The notes: generated by a model not told the origin, from the letters alone. 64,000 bases of DNA from an uncultured Veillonellaceae bacterium (GCA_963805085.1 CAWDTA010000002.1:1536001-1600000), one strand, 5' to 3'. Shown: positions 1-11,406, counted from the first letter of the stretch. Numbers and translations are program-made.

Positions 1-189
1 GAAGAGGGGGAGGTTCATTACTAGCATTTGTAAACCAATAGGCCAGCTGACTAGATAATAAATGATAATCGCTATCCCGCTCACCCCGCCGCTTAGCAGG
101 TGGTGAGGGACGAGAAAACTATTGATTGCAACCGCGCTTATCAAACAGCCAATCCCAACGGAAAGATACTGATAAATTTTATAACGCAT
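1..189 (-). CDS. YitT family membrane protein (5' part only, runs off the window)
   Basis: Manual translation from the ATG at 189 after an AAGGAGG RBS: MRYKIYQYLSVGIGCLISAVAINSFLVPHHLLSGGVSGIAIIIYYLVSWPIGLQMLVMNLPLF. The GGVSG and N.PL motifs are typical of YitT. Not in the ORF track. Confidence 0.85.
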   Translation of the reverse strand, partial: MRYKIYQYLSVGIGCLISAVAINSFLVPHHLLSGGVSGIAIIIYYLVSWPIGLQMLVMNLPLF

Positions 190-231
190 ATAGTTCCTCC
201 TTGTATGAAATGAAAGATATAAGATTTAGCT

Positions 232-582
232 TTAAAGTTTGTCGACAAGTTTTTGGATAAAAGGATATTGATAGGATTCTCCCTGCAAAGCCTTGCTTGC
301 TGCAATAATAGAAGTTACTAGCAGAATGAGCCAGACAATCGCTACGACAGGCAGCAGGAAGACACCAATGACTAACATACACAAGAAACCAGCAAAGAAG
401 GATGCAGCCAATATAGCTAAATGAGCAACAAGAGCCTGTTTAGAATGTTCATAGACAAAATCATCATCCTTTTTTAATAGAAAAATGATCAATGGAGCAA
501 TAATAAAGCCTAATCCACCTAAAAAATAAGATATATGAGCTAAAATGGCTAAGAGTTTTTGTTCTCCGGTTATTCCGTTCAT
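232..582 (-). CDS. DUF4870 family membrane protein
   Basis: LAILAH...PLII...FV..HSKQAL...G..Y.YP pattern with three TM segments; GGAGG RBS. Confidence 0.85.
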   Translation of the reverse strand: MNGITGEQKLLAILAHISYFLGGLGFIIAPLIIFLLKKDDDFVYEHSKQALVAHLAILAASFFAGFLCMLVIGVFLLPVVAIVWLILLVTSIIAASKALQGESYQYPFIQKLVDKL

Positions 583-879
583 AAAAACACCTCCTGAGTA
601 TATTTTATAGTAGGTTTGATTGTTTGTATATTTTATTCCAAATTTTTTATTTGGGGTTAGTTAGTTATACTCGTGAATGAGGCATACTTATATAAGATAA
701 ATCGGATGAAATCTGTTATTTTAGCTTTTGTACTTTTATTATGCTTTGTGTTATGATCAAGATAATTGAGATTGTTTAGACCTTTAGATGGTATCTGTAA
801 TGAACCATACTGTAAAAAAGGAACTTGCCACTATAGTATGCCACAACTATATATTAAATTATATCCGCTTAGATTTTTT

Positions 880-955
880 TATGGACTGAGACAGAAGGAT
901 GCAGGGAAAAAAGTATGCCTTTCGGATAAATTCCGGAAGGCTTTTATATTTTATA
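880..955 (+). promoter_or_regulatory. Leader hairpin/attenuator upstream of the pantothenate-related gene (candidate pan-motif-like RNA)
   Basis: GCCTTTCGG-ATAAATT-CCGGAAGGC plus a T-rich tail just before the RBS, preceded by GACTGAGACAGAAGG. Confidence 0.4.
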
Positions 956-971
956 GGCAGGTGGGAAAGAC

Positions 972-1862
972 ATGAACATGCAAAAGACAAAAATAGGTAT
1001 TGTGGGAGCTGGGAAAGTAGGGAGCGTGTTGGCGCGAGGTTTAGTTGCTAAAGGATACCAATTAACCGGAATTGCTAGTCATACTTTGGAATCGGCAAAT
1101 CAGCTGGCGAAAGAATTTGGCGTAAATAGGGCAATAAGAACCACAGATTTTATGGGGGAGACAGATATATTATTTATTACAACACCTGATCGCTGCATTG
1201 GGGAAGTGGTAGCAGAAATCGCGAAAGACAATGGTTTTAAATCAGGACAAATGGTATTTCATACTTCAGGCTGTTTACCAGTAGAAATATTAGAGCCAGC
1301 CCAAAAACAAGGTGCATGGATTGGTTGTATGCATCCATTACAATCTTTTTCCAATAAAGAATATACTAGTGAAAGGCTATCAGGCATATATTATGCTTTA
1401 ACTGGACAAACGAAGGTCATACAGGCAGCCGAAAAGATTGTGAAGGATTTGGGAGGAATCAGCTTTCAGATTTTAGATGCAGATAAACCTCTTTATCATG
1501 GGGCTGCTTGCATTGTATCCAATTATACAGTTTCCTTGATGCATTGGGCGAGTCAACTGTATGGCAGATTTGGTTTATCTTCTGAGGAAGCTTTAGCCGC
1601 GTTATTACCATTGCTGGAGGGAACTGTGCAGAACATAAAAGAAATGGGAGCTGTTCAAGGGCTGACTGGCCCGATTAGCCGTGGAGATGGTATTACGGTA
1701 AAGGCGCATATAGAGGCTTTTGAAACTGAAGTAGATAAAAATTTATACAGGATGCTGGGACTATATACTTTAGGGATTGCCTTGGAAAAAGGTACGGTTG
1801 ACGAAAAACAAGCTGCGGAGGTAGAGCAAATATTAAGAAATTCCAAAATCCAAAGCGTGTGA
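972..1862 (+). CDS. Rossmann-like/DUF2520 oxidoreductase (PanG-type ketopantoate reductase candidate)
   Basis: GAGKVG Rossmann motif, HTSG, HPLQSF, LYH.AA...SN and LTGPISRGD. Confidence 0.85.
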   Translation: MNMQKTKIGIVGAGKVGSVLARGLVAKGYQLTGIASHTLESANQLAKEFGVNRAIRTTDFMGETDILFITTPDRCIGEVVAEIAKDNGFKSGQMVFHTSGCLPVEILEPAQKQGAWIGCMHPLQSFSNKEYTSERLSGIYYALTGQTKVIQAAEKIVKDLGGISFQILDADKPLYHGAACIVSNYTVSLMHWASQLYGRFGLSSEEALAALLPLLEGTVQNIKEMGAVQGLTGPISRGDGITVKAHIEAFETEVDKNLYRMLGLYTLGIALEKGTVDEKQAAEVEQILRNSKIQSV

Positions 1863-1942
1863 GTAGACCGCGAGTAGAAAGCGAGATATTAAAACAGGCA
1901 GATTTAGTTTTCGGGTAAATGAATCAATTATAATGTATACAC

Positions 1943-1980
1943 AATAAAACTGTAGCGAAGGCTACAGTTTTATTATTTAT
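1943..1980 (+). terminator. Intrinsic terminator
   Basis: AATAAAACTGTAGC-GAAG-GCTACAGTTTTATT perfect hairpin. Confidence 0.8.
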
Positions 1981-2055
1981 ATATAAAGTATAATTTAGGA
2001 AAGTTACATCCTAATCTGTTATAATATAGTTAAATTTACAATTATTACCTAGGAT

Positions 2056-2748
2056 GTGAATATAATGTATCAAAATTTATTTATTGAAGAGCAGCAAGCT
2101 TTGATGCGAGATTATTTTTTAAATAATTTATCGAAATATGGTGTAGTAAAGAAATACAATAGAAAGCAGTTTATTGCTGCCGATTTTTATGATTTATCAA
2201 TTGGTATTGTTGTCGAAGGACAAGTTATAGTAAGTGTTGTTAGTTCAAAAGGACAAGAAAAAATATTATACACGCTTCTGCCTGGTGAATGTTTTGGGGA
2301 AATGAATTTGTTTTCTAATAGTTTTTTTAACTATGTAATTAGAGTAAAAAAAGATGCGACAATTTCCTTTATTGGTAAGGACGCTTTTTCTGATTTCGCG
2401 CAAAGAGATCCTAAAGTATATCAATATTTTATGAATGTAATGATCATAAAATTTAGAATCGTGCTACTCCAAATGGTCAGTAATGTGTTTAATAATTCTA
2501 CGGGCAAAGTAGCGGATATGTTAATTAGGCTTATTTCAACATCCAATTCCCTACAAACAGAAAAAACAAACAATATGGTTGTGGTTCCTTTTACCCAAGG
2601 TGAATTGGCTAATATTGTTGGTTGTTCTAGAATTACGGTTACTCGAATATTAAATCAGTTTATAGACCAAGATTTGATTAGTATGAGTAACAAAAGAATT
2701 GTGATAAAAAATTTTGATGGGCTGCTGGAGCAAGTTATCCATGTGTAA
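2056..2748 (+). CDS. Crp/Fnr family transcriptional regulator
   Basis: cNMP domain (PGECFGE) plus C-terminal HTH TQGELANIVGCSRITVTRIL. Confidence 0.9.
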   Translation: MNIMYQNLFIEEQQALMRDYFLNNLSKYGVVKKYNRKQFIAADFYDLSIGIVVEGQVIVSVVSSKGQEKILYTLLPGECFGEMNLFSNSFFNYVIRVKKDATISFIGKDAFSDFAQRDPKVYQYFMNVMIIKFRIVLLQMVSNVFNNSTGKVADMLIRLISTSNSLQTEKTNNMVVVPFTQGELANIVGCSRITVTRILNQFIDQDLISMSNKRIVIKNFDGLLEQVIHV

Positions 2749-2904
2749 TAGTTTATAACGAACATTCATGTGATTAGCTTAACGCGTCGTTAAGTGGTCA
2801 TATTTCAATAATGGAATATGACCATTTTATGTTTTTTGGGAAACGTTTGATCAGAAGAAGTTAAAAATAAATCTCGTTTTCAGCGAACGATAGGAGGATT
2901 GGTT

Positions 2905-4017
2905 ATGGACGAAAGAGTTCTTAAATTAGCTAAAAACCTAATTGGATATTCTGTTAAATTACAACCAGAAGAAAAAATTCTAATTGAAGTATTTGATGAT
3001 GGCTTGCCATTGGCAAAAGCACTAGTGAAGGAAACTTACCGAGTTGGCGCAATTCCTTTTGTTACAATCAAAAATAATAAGATCTTTCGTGAGTTGTTAA
3101 GACAGGCAACGATTGGTCAACTGGAACTGATTGCTCATTGGGAAGCTATGCGCATGGAAAATATGGATGCTTATATTGCTATACGCGCTGCTGAAAATAG
3201 TAGTGAATTAGCTGATGTTTCTTCAGAGCAAATGGGATTGTACCAGCAATACTGGAATAAGCCAGTTCATATGGAAATTCGCATTCCTAAAAAGAAGTGG
3301 TGTGTGCTGCGTTATCCCAATAATTCTATGGCGCAATTGGCCAATACGAGCACTGAAGCTTTTGAGGACTTTTATTACAATGTATGTAATTTAAACTATG
3401 ACAAAATGAATCAAGCGATGGAACCGCTCATTAATTTAATGAAAGAAACAGATAAAGTTCACATTGTGGGACCAGGTACAGACTTGCATTTTTCGATAAA
3501 AGCCATTCCGCCTGTTAAATGTGCGGGCAGTATGAATATTCCCGATGGAGAAGTATACACTGCACCAGTAAAAGATTCCGTCAATGGGCATCTTACTTAT
3601 AATACACCTTCAATTCATAGTGGCATTACTTATGAAAATATTCAATTTGAGTTTGTTAATGGAAAAATTGTCAAGGCGACTGCTAATTATAACGACAAAA
3701 TAAATAAAGTACTAGATACGGATGAAGGTGCCCGTTATATTGGTGAATTTGCTTTGGGGGTCAATCCCTATATCACAACTCCCATGAAGGATACGCTATT
3801 TGATGAAAAGATTAATGGTAGTTTCCATTTTACACCAGGAAATTCATATCATGATGCCTTTAATGGTAACAGTTCTGCCATACACTGGGACTTGGTATGT
3901 ATCCAAACACCTGAGTATGGCGGTGGAGAAATATGGTTTGATGATCGCTTGATCCGTAAAGACGGACGCTTTGTTATTCCTGGACTTTATGCTTTAAATT
4001 CGGAGAATTTGTTGTAA
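2905..4017 (+). CDS. M29 aminopeptidase (AmpS/thermophilic metalloprotease family)
   Basis: NIPDGEVYTAP, GEFALG.N, LFDEKI.GSFH, S.IHWDLV motifs. Confidence 0.92.
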   Translation: MDERVLKLAKNLIGYSVKLQPEEKILIEVFDDGLPLAKALVKETYRVGAIPFVTIKNNKIFRELLRQATIGQLELIAHWEAMRMENMDAYIAIRAAENSSELADVSSEQMGLYQQYWNKPVHMEIRIPKKKWCVLRYPNNSMAQLANTSTEAFEDFYYNVCNLNYDKMNQAMEPLINLMKETDKVHIVGPGTDLHFSIKAIPPVKCAGSMNIPDGEVYTAPVKDSVNGHLTYNTPSIHSGITYENIQFEFVNGKIVKATANYNDKINKVLDTDEGARYIGEFALGVNPYITTPMKDTLFDEKINGSFHFTPGNSYHDAFNGNSSAIHWDLVCIQTPEYGGGEIWFDDRLIRKDGRFVIPGLYALNSENLL

Positions 4018-4078
4018 TATTTGAATTGTTTACTGATGTTTTACAATATTACTGATATTGACTTGATCAGAATACTGA

Positions 4079-4126
4079 AGGGTCAAAGGCGACCTGCGTA
4101 TATCGCAGTACCTTTGACTCTTTTTG
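4079..4126 (+). terminator. Intrinsic terminator after the aminopeptidase
   Basis: AGGGTCAAAGG...CCTTTGACTCT followed by a T run. Confidence 0.6.
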
Positions 4127-4217
4127 CTTATAAAGAAAGGAGGGGGTAGCTAGCCCAACATAGGTTAAAGAAAACCGCTTAATGCAAAAAAACTTATTAT
4201 TTTAGGAGGTCAGTGAT

Positions 4218-5825
4218 GTGTTACTAAAAAAAATTTGTTCACTATTGTTAGCAATCACTATGCTGAGTACGTTTGTAATCGGCTGTAGCAGCACGGCAAG
4301 TAAGGTCGGCGTCGATAAACCACTTCGTTTTGGTCAATTATCTGAACCGGAATCGCTGGATCCGCGCCTGGCAACCGGGCAGCCGGAGATGCAATTCCTT
4401 CTGCAAATGTATGAAGGCTTAACAACGTATGACGCTAATAATAATGCCGTTCCGGCGGTTGCAGAAAAATGGGATGTTTCTCCAGATGGGCTGACCTATA
4501 CGTTCCATATTAGAAAAGAAGCAAAATGGTCGAATGGTGATCCGGTAACCGCTCAGGACTTTGAATATGCATGGAGAACATTACTTAGCCCGGAACTTGG
4601 CAGCCGTTATGCGGAAATGCTGTTCTATGTTAAGAATGGCGAAGCTTATAACTCTGGCAAAGCCAAAGCAGAAGATGTCGGGGTCAAAGCCATTGACGAT
4701 ACTACGCTTGAAGTTACCTTGCAGGAACCAACTCCGTATTTTCCCCAGTTGACTGCCTGCTACTCTTACTTCCCTGTTCATAAAAAAACAGTAGAAGCTG
4801 ATCCAAACTGGGCGTCAGACGCCAAAACCATGGTTACCAACGGGCCATTCACCCTTAGCAATTGGGTGCATAACGAAAAAGCCGAATTTGTAAAAAACGA
4901 AAACTACTGGGATGCCAGTAAAGTAAAATCAAAAAAATTGGAATTTGCCATTGTGGAAAACAATACCACCCGTGTATCCTTGTTCGAAAATGATCAAATT
5001 GATATAACCTTAGATCCACCGCCTTCCGAAATTGAACGTCTGTTAAGTGAGAAAAAAGCTGTTATTGAACCGCAATTAGCTATTTATTATTATGACTTTA
5101 ATGTCAACAAAGCGCCTTTTGACAATCCAATGGTACGCAAAGCCTTTACGCTGGCGATCGATCGTGATGCAATTGTTTCGAAAGTTACTAGAGGAAGTCA
5201 AAAACCGGCCGCAGCCTTTGTTCCATTCGGTCTGCCCGATAGTGAAAAAGGCTCTGATTTCCGCAAAGCTGGCGGCGATTTCTATAAAGACAATGATGTT
5301 GAAACTGCCAAAAAACTTTTAGCCGAAGCAGGTTATCCAGACGGTAAAGGGTTACCGCCAATTACTCTGACCTACAATACCAATGAAGGGCATAAGGCCA
5401 TTGCCGAAGCCATTCAGGAAATGTGGAAGAAAAATCTTGGCGTACAAGTAGATCTTGAAAATCAGGAATGGAAAGTATTCCTCAAAACACGTGCTGCTGG
5501 CGACTACCAAGTGGCACGCGATGGCTGGACTGGCGATTTCCCTGATCCATTGACCTTTTTAAGTCTATTGACTTCAAACAATGGCAATAATAATTCCCAT
5601 TGGAAAAATTCGCAATTTGACCAATTGATTAAACAAGCAAAATCTACCTCCGATCCGGTTGCTCGTATAAAAATCATGCATGATGCCGAAAAATTGTTGA
5701 TGGATGAAATGCCTGTTATGCCAATTTACCACTATACGGTGGCGTATATGATTAAACCGAACGTAAAAGGTTTGGTGCGTACAGTAACCGATTATATTTA
5801 CTTTAAAGAAGCTTATGTAGAATAA
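4218..5825 (+). CDS. oppA: Oligopeptide ABC transporter substrate-binding lipoprotein
   Basis: Lipobox VIGC; SLDP, YTFHIR...KWSNGDPVTAQDF and NGPF family 5 SBP motifs. Confidence 0.95.
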   Translation: MLLKKICSLLLAITMLSTFVIGCSSTASKVGVDKPLRFGQLSEPESLDPRLATGQPEMQFLLQMYEGLTTYDANNNAVPAVAEKWDVSPDGLTYTFHIRKEAKWSNGDPVTAQDFEYAWRTLLSPELGSRYAEMLFYVKNGEAYNSGKAKAEDVGVKAIDDTTLEVTLQEPTPYFPQLTACYSYFPVHKKTVEADPNWASDAKTMVTNGPFTLSNWVHNEKAEFVKNENYWDASKVKSKKLEFAIVENNTTRVSLFENDQIDITLDPPPSEIERLLSEKKAVIEPQLAIYYYDFNVNKAPFDNPMVRKAFTLAIDRDAIVSKVTRGSQKPAAAFVPFGLPDSEKGSDFRKAGGDFYKDNDVETAKKLLAEAGYPDGKGLPPITLTYNTNEGHKAIAEAIQEMWKKNLGVQVDLENQEWKVFLKTRAAGDYQVARDGWTGDFPDPLTFLSLLTSNNGNNNSHWKNSQFDQLIKQAKSTSDPVARIKIMHDAEKLLMDEMPVMPIYHYTVAYMIKPNVKGLVRTVTDYIYFKEAYVE

Positions 5826-5887
5826 TAAAGGTACAGCTGCAGGGGACTCCCTGTAGCTGCTTTACCTTACTTAATCAATATGGAGGG

Positions 5888-6829
5888 ATGATTACTTTGC
5901 TGCAATATGTATCAAAACGCGCATTATCTATGGTATTAGTGCTCTACATCGTTATCACTGCAACTTTCTTGCTGATGCACTCCATTCCCGGCGGGCCATT
6001 CACAACCGAAAAAAATTTAACTCCCGAAGTGTTAAGAAATATCAATGCCCGCTATCACCTTGATGACCCCTTATGGAAACAATATATAGATTATATGGGT
6101 AATATTTTAAAATTTGATTTAGGTCCTTCTTTTAAATATCAGGATCGAACTGTCAATAACATTATAGCAGACGGTTTTCCTGTATCAATTCAACTTGGAA
6201 CATTCGCGGTACTGCTTGCCGTACCTGTTGGAATCTCAGCAGGTATTTTGGCATCACTGAGGCACAACCGTCCCCTTGATTATATTATAATGTCGTCGTC
6301 TACTTTGGGAATTTCTATTCCCAGCTTTATTCTGGCTTCTTTTCTAATCTATTTCTTCGCCTTTAAAATTAAATTATTTCCTGCCGCCATGTGGAATGGC
6401 TTTTCCTATATGATTCTTCCTGGAATCTCGCTCGCTGCTTTGCCCATGGCTGTGGTTGCCCGCCTGACTCGTTCGGGTATGCTAGAAGTATTGTCACAGG
6501 ATTTTATTCGTACCGCCAGAGCCAAAGGAGTCGGCAAAGGGTTAATCATCTATCGGCATGCTTTAAAAAATTCTTTAATCCCGGTAGTAACCTATGTCGG
6601 ACCAATGACTGCTGGTATCTTGACCGGGAGCTTTGTTGTCGAAAGCATTTTCAATATTCCTGGCCTCGGACGTTATTTTGTCACCAGTATTTACAACCGT
6701 GATTATACAGTTATTCTGGGTATCACCATTTTCTATAGTGCGCTCATCGTCATTTTTAACTTTTTGGTAGATATCGCTTATGTGTTTTTAGACCCTAGAA
6801 TTTCGCTGGATAAAAAAGGAGACAACTGA
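5888..6829 (+). CDS. oppB: Oligopeptide ABC permease
   Basis: PGGPF, DFIRTARAKG EAA-like loop, RDY, LDPRI. Confidence 0.95.
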   Translation: MITLLQYVSKRALSMVLVLYIVITATFLLMHSIPGGPFTTEKNLTPEVLRNINARYHLDDPLWKQYIDYMGNILKFDLGPSFKYQDRTVNNIIADGFPVSIQLGTFAVLLAVPVGISAGILASLRHNRPLDYIIMSSSTLGISIPSFILASFLIYFFAFKIKLFPAAMWNGFSYMILPGISLAALPMAVVARLTRSGMLEVLSQDFIRTARAKGVGKGLIIYRHALKNSLIPVVTYVGPMTAGILTGSFVVESIFNIPGLGRYFVTSIYNRDYTVILGITIFYSALIVIFNFLVDIAYVFLDPRISLDKKGDN

Positions 6830-6830
6830 C

Positions 6831-7739
6831 GTGAACACTGAATTATTTAAAAGAGTAGACTTTCAGCTTGATGCGAGCTATGATATCGGCCGCCCAAGAA
6901 CAACCTACTGGCAGGATGTATGGCGCCGACTCAATAAAAATAAACTATCCATCCTAGGATTTATTATAATTTCTTTTGTGGCCATAGCAGCGATTGTCGG
7001 TCCTTTTTTCACGGCCTATTCGTATTCCGATCAAAACTTGCAAATTGCCAATCAGCCACCTTCTGCGGTGCATTGGTTTGGTACCGATAATCTGGGGCGT
7101 GACCTATTGACTAGGGTATTATATGGTGCTCGTATATCTCTATCCATCGGCGTTGTTGCCAGTCTGAGCACTATGATAATCGGAGTATTGTATGGCGGTA
7201 TCGCTGGATTATCCGGCGGCCGGGTAGATACTATCATGATGCGGATCATTGATATTGTCTGGAGTATTCCGTTTTTGCTCTATGTCATTTTATTAATGGT
7301 CGTTCTGCAGCCAGGATTAATGAATATCTTTATTGCCTTGACATTAGTCTATTGGATGCCCATGGCGCGGCTCGTACGTGGACAAATCTTGTCCTTACGT
7401 GAACTCGAGTATGTTTTGGCCGCTAAGCTGGTGGGGGCCAGCTCCTGGCGCATCATTATCAAGCATCTGATTCCCAATAGTCTCGGGCCTATTTTAATTA
7501 CTGCAACCCTCACTATTCCGGAAGCCATCTTCAGCGAAGCTTTTTTGAGCTACATTGGGCTGGGTGTATCAGCCCCCATGGCTAGCTGGGGGGTACTTGC
7601 TTCGGAAGGAGCTACAAGCCTTCGTTCCTATCCGTATCAATTGTTCTTCCCCGCTGCTGCCATATGTATCACCATGTTGTCGTTTAATTTTATAGGTGAC
7701 GGTTTACGCGATGCACTTGATCCGCGTATGCGTAAATAA
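6831..7739 (+). CDS. oppC: Oligopeptide ABC permease
   Basis: HWFGTDNLGRD, EYVLAA, GDGLRDALDPR. Confidence 0.95.
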   Translation: MNTELFKRVDFQLDASYDIGRPRTTYWQDVWRRLNKNKLSILGFIIISFVAIAAIVGPFFTAYSYSDQNLQIANQPPSAVHWFGTDNLGRDLLTRVLYGARISLSIGVVASLSTMIIGVLYGGIAGLSGGRVDTIMMRIIDIVWSIPFLLYVILLMVVLQPGLMNIFIALTLVYWMPMARLVRGQILSLRELEYVLAAKLVGASSWRIIIKHLIPNSLGPILITATLTIPEAIFSEAFLSYIGLGVSAPMASWGVLASEGATSLRSYPYQLFFPAAAICITMLSFNFIGDGLRDALDPRMRK

Positions 7740-7753
7740 GGGAGGGATAGTTA

Positions 7754-8767
7754 ATGCAGCCAATATTATCTGTAGAAAATTTGAAAGTAGTTTTTAATAC
7801 TTATGCCGGTACAGTCCAGGCGGTTGATGACGTAAGCTTCACATTGCACGAGGGAGAAACCATCGGCATTGTTGGCGAGTCCGGCTGTGGTAAAAGTGTG
7901 ACTTCCAGTGCTATCATGGGACTCATTCCTTCGCCTCCAGGTCGAATCGCCAGCGGACGTATTCTCTTTGAAGGCCGAGACTTGGTAACAATAGATGAAA
8001 AATCCTTGCAAAAAATTCGCGGAAACCAAATTAGTATGATTTTTCAAGATCCGATGACATCGCTCAATCCGGTTTTAACGGTAGGTCTGCAGCTAGCCGA
8101 AAGTTTTATGTTGCATCAAAAACTACCCAAAAAGAAAGCAATGGAAAAAGCGGTGGAAATGCTAAAGCTTGTAGGTATTCCGGCACCGGAAACCCGGATT
8201 CGCCAATATCCGCATCAAATGAGCGGCGGTATGCGCCAAAGAGTGATGATCGCCATGGCACTGGCGTGCAATCCGCAGATCCTGATTGCGGATGAACCAA
8301 CGACCGCGCTGGATGTTACCGTGCAGGCTCAGATCATGGAACTGATTAAAAAATTAAATACCGAACTTTCCACAGCTGTTATTCTAATTACCCATGATTT
8401 AGGTGTCGTAGCTGGTATGTGCAGCAGGGTGCTGGTCATGTATGCTGGACGGGTAGTGGAGTCTGCTCCGGTGAATGAGTTCTACGCCAATCCGCAACAT
8501 CCCTATAGCTGGGGGCTTTTAAAATCACTACCCCGTCCGGATATGAAAAGCGGGACGTTGGAATCAATCGCCGGACAACCGCCCGATCTGTTGGCACCGC
8601 CGCTAGGTTGTGCCTTTATGCCACGCTGCCGTTTTGCAATGGAAGTTTGCAAACAGCCGCCCGCGCCAATAAAAGTAACCGAAGACCATATGTGCCGCTG
8701 CTGGCTGCTTGACAAAGCTTCACCCCATACTCCGGGCACCTTATTTAAGGAGTGTGAAACAGCATGA
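7754..8767 (+). CDS. oppD: Oligopeptide ABC ATPase
   Basis: [24 protein letters not shown]-terminal Cys motif. Confidence 0.95.
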   Translation: MQPILSVENLKVVFNTYAGTVQAVDDVSFTLHEGETIGIVGESGCGKSVTSSAIMGLIPSPPGRIASGRILFEGRDLVTIDEKSLQKIRGNQISMIFQDPMTSLNPVLTVGLQLAESFMLHQKLPKKKAMEKAVEMLKLVGIPAPETRIRQYPHQMSGGMRQRVMIAMALACNPQILIADEPTTALDVTVQAQIMELIKKLNTELSTAVILITHDLGVVAGMCSRVLVMYAGRVVESAPVNEFYANPQHPYSWGLLKSLPRPDMKSGTLESIAGQPPDLLAPPLGCAFMPRCRFAMEVCKQPPAPIKVTEDHMCRCWLLDKASPHTPGTLFKECETA

Positions 8768-9747
8768 GTGAAGTATTGATTAATGTACAGAACCTTACCA
8801 AGTTTTTTACCGCCAAACGCAACTTTTGGGGAAACCCTACTTCTTTTGTCAAAGCGGTCGAAAATGTCAATTTCCAAGTGTACAAAGGCGAGACATTAGG
8901 GGTAGTTGGAGAAACAGGCTGCGGCAAATCAACAGTAGGGCGGACACTGGTTGGCTTATATAAACCGACCAAAGGCACTGTGACCTGTGATGGTGAAGAT
9001 GTCCACACAGCCATTGCCAGCTCTAATGCCATGAAAATGCGCCGCAAAATCCAGATGATTTTCCAAGATCCTTATGCTTCTCTCAATCCGCGCATGACGG
9101 TCGGCGACATCATAGGCGAACCGCTGGATATTCATAGACTGGCAAGTGGAGTGGATGATAGAACCCAGCGTATCTATAGACTGTTAAGACAAGTCGGGCT
9201 AGATCCAGTACACGCGAGCCGTTACCCACATGAATTCAGCGGCGGCCAGCGTCAACGGGTAGGAATCGCCAGAGCTCTTGCCGTAAACCCGGAATTTATC
9301 ATTTGCGATGAACCTATTTCGGCTCTCGATGTATCCATCCAGGCGCAAGTGGTAAACCTGCTGCAAGAATTGCAGCAGAAGTTTGGACTAACTTATTTAT
9401 TTATTGCTCATGACCTATCAATGGTAAAGCATATCAGTACCCGCGTAGCGGTAATGTACCTTGGCTCCTTGGTGGAACTTGCGCCCTGTGACGAGCTGTA
9501 TAAAAATCCGCAGCATCCCTATACACAGGCGCTGCTATCCGCCATCCCTATTGCCGATCCAGTGATTGAAGCCAAGCGCCAGCGCATCATTCTCGAAGGC
9601 GATGTACCAAGTCCGATCGATCCACCAAGCGGCTGCAAATTTCGGACTCGATGCCGATATGCTGCCCCGCAGTGCGCGAAAGAGGTTCCCGCCTTTATTG
9701 AAGGTGCCAATAAGCATTCAGTTGCATGTCACTTGGTTAATAAATAG
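8764..9747 (+). CDS. oppF: Oligopeptide ABC ATPase
   Basis: [28 protein letters not shown]. Confidence 0.95.
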   Translation: MSEVLINVQNLTKFFTAKRNFWGNPTSFVKAVENVNFQVYKGETLGVVGETGCGKSTVGRTLVGLYKPTKGTVTCDGEDVHTAIASSNAMKMRRKIQMIFQDPYASLNPRMTVGDIIGEPLDIHRLASGVDDRTQRIYRLLRQVGLDPVHASRYPHEFSGGQRQRVGIARALAVNPEFIICDEPISALDVSIQAQVVNLLQELQQKFGLTYLFIAHDLSMVKHISTRVAVMYLGSLVELAPCDELYKNPQHPYTQALLSAIPIADPVIEAKRQRIILEGDVPSPIDPPSGCKFRTRCRYAAPQCAKEVPAFIEGANKHSVACHLVNK

Positions 9748-9907
9748 AAAGATGTCTCCTATCCCTTAGCGACAATTCAAACTAGAACTGGAGGTGCAAA
9801 ATTTTTTTTACGGCAATTTTCGCTAAGTTAAATAGATAAATACGAGGTACCTGAAAATATATTTCAAAAATACTTTTAACAACCATTCTGGAGGAGAAAT
9901 ATTTATT

Positions 9908-11209
9908 ATGAAAAAAATATCAACACTTGCGCTGGGTTTAACATTTAGCCTAACAGGCATTGCTTTTGCAGCAAATCCTTTTGCCCTTGTGCCCACAACA
10001 AACTGGGAATATGATTCTATTGCTACTTTAGTTAATACTGGGGTCTATGAAGGATATCGAGACATTAATTTCAATAGAGACCAGGCTTTGACTCGCTATG
10101 AAATGGCTACACTAGTGGCCAAAGCAATGGCTAATGAACCAAAAGCTACTGCCGAACAAAAAGTAATTATTGATAAACTGACCGCAGAATTTAAAACTGA
10201 GCTAGGGAATCTGGGAGTTTATACAGAGGCAACTACTCCCGCAACAGCTGTTAGCACTCCTACTGCCGCTTCTACTCCTATAAAGCCTATAGAAATTTCT
10301 GGTTTTTATCGTCTCCGCTATCAGACATTAAAGGATAAGGGGAATTCTGCAAATAGCTGGCATGCATTCCAGTATAAACTGGAATTGGATGCTACTAAAA
10401 AACTAGCCAATGACTGGACGGCAAACTTTTCCTGGGAGGCTGCCAAAAGCTTTTATAACGAAAAAGGCCTATCGAATGGCACAAATACTGGAGACATTTC
10501 AATGGCTAATATCGCCGGTCCGCTTGCTGGCACAACCGCGACGATTGGCAAATTCTCAGACACAATTGGCTCCGGGCTGGTTTTTGATGATGAATTAAGT
10601 GGCGCAAAATTTGAATTTGGCAAGACACTACATACCAAAATATTATACGCAGACGCGGATAAAAATATTGCCGATTGCACATTTCCTAATAGCTATCTAT
10701 CCAGTTTAAACACGGTAGCTGCCCTTTCCTTGAGCTATGATTTGAGTAAAGCCACCACCTTCCTTACTTCATACCAGCACTGGAATTCAAAAGATGATAA
10801 CATTGATTCTATGAATGTTTATGATTTTAATCTCAAATCAAAACTGACCGACACGTTATCTTTATATACCACTTATGATAAAACAAGCTATGACAATGAT
10901 AATAGAGCATGGGTGGTTGGCCTTTCGTACAAAGAAGCTAACCCGGCTAATCCTGGTTCGTTTGGTGCCTGGATTGACTATGAAAGATTTGAAAAAAATA
11001 CTGCTATCGATACTACTTATTGGGTTAATGACGGCACTAAAGGTACTGCATTCGGATTTTCCTATATACCTTACAAAGATGTAAAATGGACCAATACTTT
11101 CTTTTCAGCCAAAACCTTACCAGCGAATAACCTAGGTGTAAATGGCACTAATGAAGCCGCTGGAGTAAGGCAGAACTTCTTCCGGTCGCAAGTATATTAT
11201 TTCTTCTAA
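9908..11209 (+). CDS. SLH-domain OmpM-like outer membrane porin
   Basis: Signal peptide, ANPF..VP...W.Y and TRYEMA SLH motif, beta-rich body ending in YFF. Confidence 0.85.
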   Translation: MKKISTLALGLTFSLTGIAFAANPFALVPTTNWEYDSIATLVNTGVYEGYRDINFNRDQALTRYEMATLVAKAMANEPKATAEQKVIIDKLTAEFKTELGNLGVYTEATTPATAVSTPTAASTPIKPIEISGFYRLRYQTLKDKGNSANSWHAFQYKLELDATKKLANDWTANFSWEAAKSFYNEKGLSNGTNTGDISMANIAGPLAGTTATIGKFSDTIGSGLVFDDELSGAKFEFGKTLHTKILYADADKNIADCTFPNSYLSSLNTVAALSLSYDLSKATTFLTSYQHWNSKDDNIDSMNVYDFNLKSKLTDTLSLYTTYDKTSYDNDNRAWVVGLSYKEANPANPGSFGAWIDYERFEKNTAIDTTYWVNDGTKGTAFGFSYIPYKDVKWTNTFFSAKTLPANNLGVNGTNEAAGVRQNFFRSQVYYFF

Positions 11210-11377
11210 AACAATATCATGTCAGGAAGCGGTATTATAAATACAAGGGGAAGGAGATCCTGTTTTGAAAGAAACAATACAGGATTCTGATACCAGTAGA
11301 AAAGTATAAATGAATAAGACGTAACCATTGTCTCTTTAATGTAAAAAGTAAGCTCCTGTTAAAATTGTATTTATTTA

Positions 11378-11406
11378 GCAGGAGTTTTAAGTTTATGGGG
11401 GAATAT
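11378..11406 (+). promoter_or_regulatory. Sigma-H-like promoter overlapping a hairpin
   Basis: GCAGGAGTTT...GGGAAT; similar motifs at about 48400 and 58857. Confidence 0.45.

Noticed and set aside
54-76. Fur-box-like ATAAATGATAATCGCTATC
   Set aside because: It lies inside the minus-strand YitT coding sequence (IAIIIY codons).
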